A stretch of DNA of 35,977 nt from an uncultured Enterobacteriaceae bacterium. GTDB taxonomy: Bacteria > Pseudomonadota > Gammaproteobacteria > Eutrophobiales > Eutrophobiaceae. Shown piece by piece: positions 30,369 to 35,977 of the stretch. Made by a program: the position numbers and the translations under genes. The stretch's first letter is position 1, and the number at the start of each line of letters is the position of its first letter. The notes beneath the pieces were generated by a model. That model saw nothing but the letters and a program-made list of their open reading frames with translations, did not search any database and was not told where the DNA came from. The DNA lies in NCBI GenBank assembly GCA_964640355.1, contig CAZXGW010000001.1:12138-48114 (forward strand), written 5' to 3'.

Positions 30369-31175
30369 CTACGTGATTCTCGGCAGGATGTAAACCTGGG
30401 TCAGGTGCCGGGTCGTCTCGATCAGTTCATCGACGCCGCGGTCGAGCATCTGATATTGCGCGGCCACAAGCATGCTGCAGGTCAGGCCGGCCAGGGTCGT
30501 ATACAGTGCCGTGCCCATGCCCGCGCTCATCTGCTTCAGCACTTTCTGCATGGTTGTGACGTCGAAGTCGGTGATGTTGGCGACCGAGGCCAGCATCATG
30601 ATGAAACCAATGATCGTGCCGAGCAGCCCCATCTTGATCATCAGATCGGCCATGAACCAGCCGATGTCGTGCGGGCCCTTCAGCCTGGATTCGTAAACCC
30701 CGATGAGCTCGTTGCCGGCGGCCGCCGGATCGCCGCCGTTCCTGTTGCCGCCCTTGTGCAGGAGGTCGTGCAGGTAGCTGGCCACCAGGCAGTCCGGCAG
30801 CGAGGCACCGCCGTTGACATGGACGCGGTCATCCTTCCCGTTCAGCTCGAACCCGGAACTTTCCCGAATGAGTTTCTCCACCCGCCTGGAATCATTGATT
30901 TGGGTGGATACGAGGCAAATCCGCCGCGCGCAGTGCGCGGTCATGACGAGGAAGAGCAGCGTTATGGCAAAGGAAATCTTGCTTTTGTCGCCGGCAAAGA
31001 GCGCAAGAATCACGCCCTCCTGCCAGGCCACAAACAGGGAAAAGACGACAATGCCCGTAAATATCGTCCACACGAGCAGCAAATGGTGCGGTCCCCGGGT
31101 CATCGTTCCCGCCACGGAAAACCGGCCGTCACCGCCCGCGGCATGGGTCCGTCCGGCTGCGGCGCGCATGATCAA
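30369..31175 (-). CDS. MotA/TolQ/ExbB family proton-channel protein
   Basis: C-terminal hallmark helices MIKMGLLGTIIGFIMML and GMGTALYTTLAGLTCSMLVAAQY, plus N-terminal TM helices. The longest ORF starts at TTG 31175. ATG 31169 or ATG 31103 (MTRGPHHLLLVW...) are alternatives, and I consider 31103 at least as likely. Confidence 0.85.
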   Translation of the reverse strand: MIMRAAAGRTHAAGGDGRFSVAGTMTRGPHHLLLVWTIFTGIVVFSLFVAWQEGVILALFAGDKSKISFAITLLFLVMTAHCARRICLVSTQINDSRRVEKLIRESSGFELNGKDDRVHVNGGASLPDCLVASYLHDLLHKGGNRNGGDPAAAGNELIGVYESRLKGPHDIGWFMADLMIKMGLLGTIIGFIMMLASVANITDFDVTTMQKVLKQMSAGMGTALYTTLAGLTCSMLVAAQYQMLDRGVDELIETTRHLTQVYILPRIT

Positions 31176-31260
31176 TGATCCGGCTTAAAGGGGCAATCAT
31201 GTTTCGCAGAGGAAAGATTAAGGTCTGCATGCGGGAGCGGGGCGGTGATGCGCTGACCGG

Positions 31261-31842
31261 TTATTCCCGTATCACGACCTTCGTGCCGATGGTGACGTAT
31301 TTTTTCAGGTCGTCAATCTGCTCGTTGGTCAGGGCGATGCAGCCTTCGGTCCAGTTGATCTCGTCATGGATTCTCAATTTACTTTCAGTGGTATTGCCGA
31401 GGCCATGTATGCCGATATAACCGCCGAGCCGCGTGTCCTGGGGCGGTTTTTCCCTGTATTTGACGGCATGGGCGATTCTCTTGAACTCATTGGCGGAAAT
31501 GATCCGGTTCTTGTACCCGTACCAGGCATCGAGCAGGTTCGGGTAATCGAGGTGCATGAAATAGTGAAACCGGCTGTCGTTCTTGAAATCGACGATCTTG
31601 TACACGCCGACGGGAGTTTTCTTGTCCCCGATCTCCCGCTTCGTTCCCTTGCCCCCCTTGCCGTAGGCGATCCGGTACTGCTTTACCGTTCGTTCACCTT
31701 TAACCACGTTCAGCCGCTGTTCAGACTTGAATATCAGGAGAGCGTAATCGCTGTCCATCGCCGGGCAGACGCCGCAAATCAACATCCCCAGCGCCCCCAG
31801 GCACACTCCCCGCATTGCCAACCCGATTCCAGATCGTGTCAT
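31261..31842 (-). CDS. L,D-transpeptidase (YkuD) family protein, secreted
   Basis: Signal peptide, then the YkuD catalytic signature GGYIGIHGLGN...INWTEGCIALTNEQIDDL (His ... Thr-x-Gly-Cys). Confidence 0.88.
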   Translation of the reverse strand: MTRSGIGLAMRGVCLGALGMLICGVCPAMDSDYALLIFKSEQRLNVVKGERTVKQYRIAYGKGGKGTKREIGDKKTPVGVYKIVDFKNDSRFHYFMHLDYPNLLDAWYGYKNRIISANEFKRIAHAVKYREKPPQDTRLGGYIGIHGLGNTTESKLRIHDEINWTEGCIALTNEQIDDLKKYVTIGTKVVIRE

Positions 31843-31979
31843 TGTGTTTCTATTATGCGTGGTCCCCGCCCCGTAATTTTATAGGGAAATCCGCACTGCA
31901 GAAATGCAGCCGTTTTCCGCCGTCCCGTACCGGTCACGCCCGGTTATTAGCTGACTTTTGACTTCCCGCTGGGGCTAAA

Positions 31980-32007
31980 ACTATAACGCTTCCCGCGCCG
32001 CTGACAA
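31980..32007 (-). promoter_or_regulatory. Candidate sigma70 promoter upstream of the L,D-transpeptidase gene (TTGTCA-N16-TATAGT on minus strand)
   Basis: Minus strand reads TTGTCAgcggcgcgggaagcgtTATAGT. It lies about 130 nt upstream of ATG 31842. Pattern match only. Confidence 0.3.
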
Positions 32008-32134
32008 AATGTTTATTGTCCGGGTGACTGTCTCGAACAGGTGATTGGGGGAGGCAGTGCCGGCAAGGTGGCGGGGGTACCTGGCGGTTCAGGCTCCGCA
32101 GCGCGGGGCCGGACCGCCGCCCGGTCAGCGGCGG

Positions 32135-32165
32135 CACAAAAAACAAGGGGCCTTGCGGCCCCTTG
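32135..32165 (-). terminator. Rho-independent terminator downstream of pqqA
   Basis: The minus strand reads CAAGGGGCC-gcaa-GGCCCCTTG followed by TTTTTTG, that is a perfect 9-bp GC-rich stem, a 4-nt loop and a T-tract. It starts about 27 nt after the pqqA stop. Confidence 0.85.
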
Positions 32166-32191
32166 CGGTTTTGACTTTGGCAGTCAGTACA

Positions 32192-32266
32192 TTACTTGTT
32201 GTTAATGTACATCGTGACTTCGAAACCAAAACGGATATCACTGTAATCCGGAGTTTCCCACTTCAT
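32192..32266 (-). CDS. pqqA: PqqA-like pyrroloquinoline quinone precursor peptide (24 aa)
   Basis: My own codon-by-codon translation gives MKWETPDYSDIRFGFEVTMYINNK. This closely parallels known PqqA peptides (e.g. [20 protein letters not shown].NR type), including the cross-linked Glu-x-x-x-Tyr (EVTMY). GAGGTG RBS lies 6 nt upstream of the ATG. The 61-aa track ORF is an upstream over-extension. Confidence 0.85.
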   Translation of the reverse strand: MKWETPDYSDIRFGFEVTMYINNK

Positions 32267-32348
32267 GTTATTCACCTCAAAAGTTTCAAGTGACAAGTTT
32301 TTCAAGACCCGGTGACACCGGGGTACCGGTGTGGTACGGCAGTATATA

Positions 32349-32365
32349 CAGCATGATTCATGCCA
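32349..32365 (-). promoter_or_regulatory. Sigma54 (-24/-12) promoter upstream of pqqA
   Basis: The minus strand reads TGGCATGAATCATGCTG against the consensus TGGCACG-N4-TTGCW. The GG and GC dinucleotides are exactly 12 nt apart. It lies about 85 nt upstream of the pqqA ATG. An AT-rich, IHF-like TTTCAATACATTG sits at 32407-32419, between the promoter and the divergent kinase gene. Confidence 0.6.
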
Positions 32366-32552
32366 TGTGAGAGGCAAGTCGGGATATTGTTTAAAATATA
32401 TCTATATTTCAATACATTGTATGAGTTTCCTGGATTATGGCAGACGGCTGATCCGCGTCCACCTGGCGGGGACTTTGGCGCGTGATGGCTGATGCCGCCC
32501 GGAAGCTGGTCGTTATGAACCAATCTCGGTGTGAATTCGTTATACTCTGCCC

Positions 32553-34025
32553 ATGATCATCAAGCGCCCCGGCTCACTCCGGAAACTTCTTTTCATTCAT
32601 GAAATTGCCTTCCTGCTGCTGGTGGCCGTCACGGGGCTGCTCGGCGGCCTGTCCGCCTACTTCTGGCAGCAGTATTCCACCGAATCGGTGCGGATCCATA
32701 ACCTCGTATACGGTATCGAGCAGATTCGGGGAGAGCTGTTCCGCCAGATCCAGGTTGCCATCCGCGCCAGGCTGCTGGAAGAACCCCGGGCACTTGAACT
32801 CTACGGGGAATATTCGCGCCGGATTGACCGGCAGTTCAATACGCTGAGGCAGAACGCCGCGCACCCCGACGAAGATCTGGCGATTCAGGATCTGCAGGTG
32901 TCCTACCGGGAAATCCAGAAAGACACGAACAAGATCTTTACCGATCCGTACATGATCAGCCGGCAGGTGCGCCTGAAGATCCTCGATCCGAGGTTCGCGG
33001 AAGGGATGGTGGGCAAGTTTGAAGATGAGTACCAGGCCATGAAATCCATGTTGTCGGTGAAGCACGAGGCGCTTGACGCGGTGCTGGAACGCTGGACCCG
33101 GCTCGCGCCGGTGCTGATTCCCATACCGCTGGTGCTGGCGGTCATGATCGTGCTTTATGCGCGCAGCATCATGAACCGTGAGTTCGTGCAGCCCATGTCG
33201 CACGTGATTGAAGGCGCCCAGCACATCAGCCGCGGCCGGTTGAACCTTACCATCCCGGCGACGGGCGTGGACGAGGTGGCCGAGCTGGCCAGGACCATAA
33301 ACGGCATGGCGAGGGATCTCGAGGCGAGCCGGAATGCCCTGGTCGAAAGCGAAAAGCAGGCAGCCCTCGGCGCCCTGGTGCCCGTCGTGGCGCACAACAT
33401 CCGCAACCCCCTGGCCAGCATCCGTGCTACCGCCCAGGTGCTGGATGATGTGGAAAGCGAGGAGGAACTGAAAGAGAGCAGGCAGGCAATCCTGGACACG
33501 ATTGACCGGCTGGGCAGGTGGGTGAACGCGCTGGTGTCCTACCTGCACCCGCTGAGACCGAGTTACCGGCTGGTCTACGCGAGCCAGATGATTGACGCCG
33601 CGCTCTCCCTGCTCAAGCCGAGGCTCGATGAAAAAAACATCACGGTCGAAAAGGTGGGCTGGAAAAGCGACGCGCGCCTCAACGCCGACCCGGACCTGAT
33701 GGAACAGTCCATCTATGCGCTGCTGGCCAATGCCGTGGACGCCTCACCGGAAAATTCCTCGCTGGTCGTGGAAATGGCCAGGGAGGATGCAAACCTGGAA
33801 ATCCGGATCCAGGACAGCGGGCCCGGATTGCCCTTTGACCCGAAACCGGACAAGCTGACCCCGGGCCTCAGCACGAAGCGTTTCGGTACCGGGCTCGGCA
33901 TCCCCATCGCCTTCAAGATCTGCCAGCAGCACGGCTGGAAACTCAGGTTTACGTCGGAAAAGGGGAATGGAACCAAAGCGATAATTACCGCGCCGATCAG
34001 GGTGATCGAGGAAATCAGCGAATGA
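32553..34025 (+). CDS. Membrane sensor histidine kinase (2 TM, periplasmic sensor region, HAMP, HisKA, HATPase_c)
   Basis: TM1 LLFIHEIAFLLLVAVTGLLGGLSAYFW and TM2 LAPVLIPIPLVLAVMIVLYA. HAMP-like segment (...VDEVAELARTINGMARDLE). H-box VVAHNIRNPLASIRA. N/G boxes (LLANAVDAS, IQDSGPGL, GTGLGIPIA). Confidence 0.9.
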   Translation: MIIKRPGSLRKLLFIHEIAFLLLVAVTGLLGGLSAYFWQQYSTESVRIHNLVYGIEQIRGELFRQIQVAIRARLLEEPRALELYGEYSRRIDRQFNTLRQNAAHPDEDLAIQDLQVSYREIQKDTNKIFTDPYMISRQVRLKILDPRFAEGMVGKFEDEYQAMKSMLSVKHEALDAVLERWTRLAPVLIPIPLVLAVMIVLYARSIMNREFVQPMSHVIEGAQHISRGRLNLTIPATGVDEVAELARTINGMARDLEASRNALVESEKQAALGALVPVVAHNIRNPLASIRATAQVLDDVESEEELKESRQAILDTIDRLGRWVNALVSYLHPLRPSYRLVYASQMIDAALSLLKPRLDEKNITVEKVGWKSDARLNADPDLMEQSIYALLANAVDASPENSSLVVEMAREDANLEIRIQDSGPGLPFDPKPDKLTPGLSTKRFGTGLGIPIAFKICQQHGWKLRFTSEKGNGTKAIITAPIRVIEEISE

Positions 34026-35443
34026 AACACGATTCTGACGCGTCCCTGGAACCGGTGAAACTGCCGGCAACGGAGAGGCAGGTGCTGATCGTGGAGGATG
34101 AAAGCGTTTTTGCGCGGGCGGTACAGAAACACCTGGAGCGGTCGGGTTATCTAAGCCAGATCGCGGGCGATCTGAAATCGGCGGACAGGAAATTCCGGGA
34201 ATTGTCCCCCGACCTGGTGCTGCTGGACATGCGGTTGCCTGACGGCTCGGGCCTGGATTTCCTGTCGGACATCAGGAACCGGCACAACTCGAACGCGGCG
34301 GTGCTCGTGATGTCGGCTTACGGGGAGCTGGAGGATGCCGTGGCCGCGATGAAACTGGGCGCCTCGGATTACCTGAAAAAACCCGTGGACCTCGACGAGC
34401 TGCTGATTAACGTCGAGAAGGTGCTCGATAAAAGCGAACTGACGAAGAAACTGACGTATTCCACCAAGCGGGAACAGCATGCCGCGGAAGGCGTCGTGTT
34501 CCTCGGCGAATGCCGGGCGATTGCCGCCGTGCGCCGCCAGGTGGAGCAGATCGCCCGCCTCACCCAGGCCACGGACTCGATCCCCCCGACGGTGCTGATC
34601 CTCGGCGAAACCGGTACGGGCAAGGACGTCCTCGCCAGGCTGCTGCACGCCGGCAGCCGCCGCCGGGATCGGCCTTTCGTCCACGTGGATTGCGCCTCGC
34701 TGCCCAAGGACCTGATCGAGGCGGAGCTGTTCGGCCATGAAAAAGGCGCCTTCACCAATGCCCACATCGCACGCACCGGGCTGATCGAGGCGGCTGAAGA
34801 CGGCGTGCTGTTTCTCGACGAGATTGCCGAACTGCCGCCGGGCCTGCAGTCCAAGCTGCTGGCCGTACTTGAACGCCGAACGCTGCGGCGGGTTGGCACG
34901 ACCCGGGAGCGGCCGGTGGCCGCGTGGATCATTGCGGCCACGAACCGGGACGTCGGTGAATTGATTGAGCAGGGCGAGTTCCGATCCGATCTGTATTACC
35001 GGCTCAACGTGCTGAACATTACTCTCCCGCCGCTCAGGGAACGGGAAGGTGACATCATGATCCTGGCGAATTATTTTGCGGAGCAGACGGCGCGCCGTTA
35101 CGGCCTGGATAAACCCGTCTTCCGCAAGGATGCGGAGGAAGCCATGCTGAAAAACCCCTGGCCGGGCAACGTGCGCGAGATGAAACACCTGATTGAACGG
35201 GCCGTGTTGCTGACCGGCGGCGGCGAACTTGGCGCCGAAGCCATGTCCCTCTCTCCCGGGAGTGCCTCCAACGCCGGCGAACCGGTTCGCGACCTTGAGG
35301 ATTTGACGCTGGATTCGGCGGAAGTGTTGCTCATCAAACAGGCGCTGGAGAGAACCGGGTGGAATGTCTCCAGGGCAGCACGTATATTAGGCATCACCCG
35401 CATGGCCTTGCGTTATCGCATGAAAAAATATCACCTGAAGTAG
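34022..35443 (+). CDS. NtrC-family sigma54-dependent response regulator (REC, AAA+ sigma54-interaction domain, Fis-type HTH)
   Basis: REC domain with LVLLDMRLPDGSG and KLGASDYLKKP. Walker A GETGTGKD. Sigma54-contact loop EKGAFTNA (a variant of GAFTGA). Also LFLDEI and RSDLYYRL. C-terminal HTH NVSRAARILGITRMALRYRMKKY. ATGA overlap with the kinase gene. Confidence 0.93.
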   Translation: MKHDSDASLEPVKLPATERQVLIVEDESVFARAVQKHLERSGYLSQIAGDLKSADRKFRELSPDLVLLDMRLPDGSGLDFLSDIRNRHNSNAAVLVMSAYGELEDAVAAMKLGASDYLKKPVDLDELLINVEKVLDKSELTKKLTYSTKREQHAAEGVVFLGECRAIAAVRRQVEQIARLTQATDSIPPTVLILGETGTGKDVLARLLHAGSRRRDRPFVHVDCASLPKDLIEAELFGHEKGAFTNAHIARTGLIEAAEDGVLFLDEIAELPPGLQSKLLAVLERRTLRRVGTTRERPVAAWIIAATNRDVGELIEQGEFRSDLYYRLNVLNITLPPLREREGDIMILANYFAEQTARRYGLDKPVFRKDAEEAMLKNPWPGNVREMKHLIERAVLLTGGGELGAEAMSLSPGSASNAGEPVRDLEDLTLDSAEVLLIKQALERTGWNVSRAARILGITRMALRYRMKKYHLK

Positions 35444-35546
35444 CGGGCCCAATCTTACCGCCGCGGTGGCATGAAACCCGGCCAGCGGGGGCAGGCAGCC
35501 TGCCGCGCGCGGATTGAAGCAGCGATGGATCAGGAGGAGGCGTGAA

Positions 35547-35966
35547 ATGGCGAAAGTAACGATGCAGGCGGACTTTAAAGTGGCACCCCAGAAGGTGTGG
35601 GATCTCATCGGCGGGTTCAATGCCCTCCCCGACTGGCATCCCGCCGTGGAAAAGAGCGTACTGGAAAAGGAAGGGATGGTGCGCCGTTTGAGTCTGGCCG
35701 GCGGCGGCACCGTCGTGGAGAAGCTGGAACGGGTGGACGACAACGAGCGGGTGTATTCCTACTCGATCATCGACAGCCCCCTGCCCGTCGCCGATTATAT
35801 CGCGACGATCCGGGTCAAGGATGATGGGCAGGGCAACAGCATTGTCGAATGGTCCTCTGAATTCGTGCCGAAAGGGGCCCCCGAAGGCGACGCCATTGAA
35901 GCCATCCAGGGCATCTACCAGGCGGGGTTTGACAACCTGAAAAAAATGCTTGAGGCATGGAAATAA
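35547..35966 (+). CDS. SRPBCC (START/Bet v1-like, polyketide cyclase/dehydrase-type) family protein
   Basis: 139 aa: MAKVTMQADFKVAPQKVWDLIGGFNALPDWHPAV...YSYSIIDSPLPVADYIATIRV...SIVEWSSEF. This is the typical SRPBCC pattern with no signal peptide. GGAGGAGG RBS lies before ATG 35547, so the track start at 35514 is rejected. Confidence 0.75.
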   Translation: MAKVTMQADFKVAPQKVWDLIGGFNALPDWHPAVEKSVLEKEGMVRRLSLAGGGTVVEKLERVDDNERVYSYSIIDSPLPVADYIATIRVKDDGQGNSIVEWSSEFVPKGAPEGDAIEAIQGIYQAGFDNLKKMLEAWK

Positions 35967-35977
35967 TCACGCATAAA

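Noticed and set aside
29982-31178. 398-aa plus-strand ORF across the stator-like genes
   Set aside because: It is antisense to the MotA/ExbB-like and ExbD-like genes, which contain family-specific TM motifs. The translation is Arg/His/Gly-rich with no hydrophobic-helix logic.
31843-32134. Spacer of about 290 nt between the YkuD gene start and the pqqA terminator, with track ORFs 31934..32146 (-) and 32045..32293 (+)
   Set aside because: Both ORFs are Pro/Arg/Gly-rich, lack an RBS, and one runs antisense through pqqA. I found only a possible sigma70 promoter and short hairpins. I saw nothing that supports an sRNA or a gene.
32192-32377. 61-aa version of the pqqA ORF (MPLTWHESCCIYCRTTPVPRCH...)
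   Set aside because: The upstream 37 codons would run through the predicted sigma54 promoter and 5' UTR and have no RBS. The internal ATG at 32266 has a GAGGTG RBS and yields a canonical-length PqqA peptide.
35467-35482. Second sigma54-like sequence TGGCATGAAACCCGGC upstream of the SRPBCC gene
   Set aside because: It shares TGGCATGAA with the pqqA promoter, but the -12 position reads GG rather than the near-invariant GC at the correct spacing. I judged it too weak to call without a matrix score or TSS data.
1-35977. Search for CRISPR arrays, IS or transposase genes, integrases, tRNA or rRNA genes
   Set aside because: I noticed no regularly spaced direct repeats, no transposase- or integrase-like translations in any track ORF, and no cloverleaf-like or rRNA-like sequence in the few intergenic gaps. 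A tRNAscan or Infernal run would be needed to exclude small RNAs formally.

Overview
This is a moderately GC-rich chromosomal segment with gammaproteobacterial-type gene order.

**Backbone (about 1.8-26.8 kb).** This part is a textbook, tightly packed housekeeping and envelope-biogenesis backbone. map-glnD-dusA lie on the minus strand. rpsB-tsf-pyrH-frr-uppS-cdsA-dxr-rseP-bamA-skp-lpxD-fabZ-lpxA-lpxB-rnhB-dnaE-accA-tilS lie on the plus strand. All were recognised from hallmark motifs in the supplied translations. Several longest-ORF starts in the track are clearly too far upstream, and I corrected them.

**Left edge.** An unlisted, 3'-truncated minus-strand ORF (1-1563) encodes a lipase-maturation-factor/HTTM-like polytopic membrane protein.

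**Accessory-looking part (about 26.8-36 kb).**
- An orphan hypothetical gene.
- A four-gene minus-strand operon: a MotA/ExbB-type proton channel, an ExbD/TolR-like anchor with a non-ExbD periplasmic domain, a 2-TM protein, and a signal-peptide/vWA/TM/FHA protein. A YkuD L,D-transpeptidase lies just upstream.
- A stand-alone 24-aa PqqA-like precursor peptide gene with its own sigma54-type promoter and intrinsic terminator.
- A divergent sensor kinase plus NtrC-family sigma54 activator pair.
- An SRPBCC protein.

**Best candidates for an undescribed system.** These are the stator-like/vWA-FHA operon and the sigma54-wired orphan pqqA module.

**Not found.** By eye I recognised no rRNA, tRNA, CRISPR array, transposase or integrase. 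The many long antisense ORFs are GC-driven shadow ORFs.
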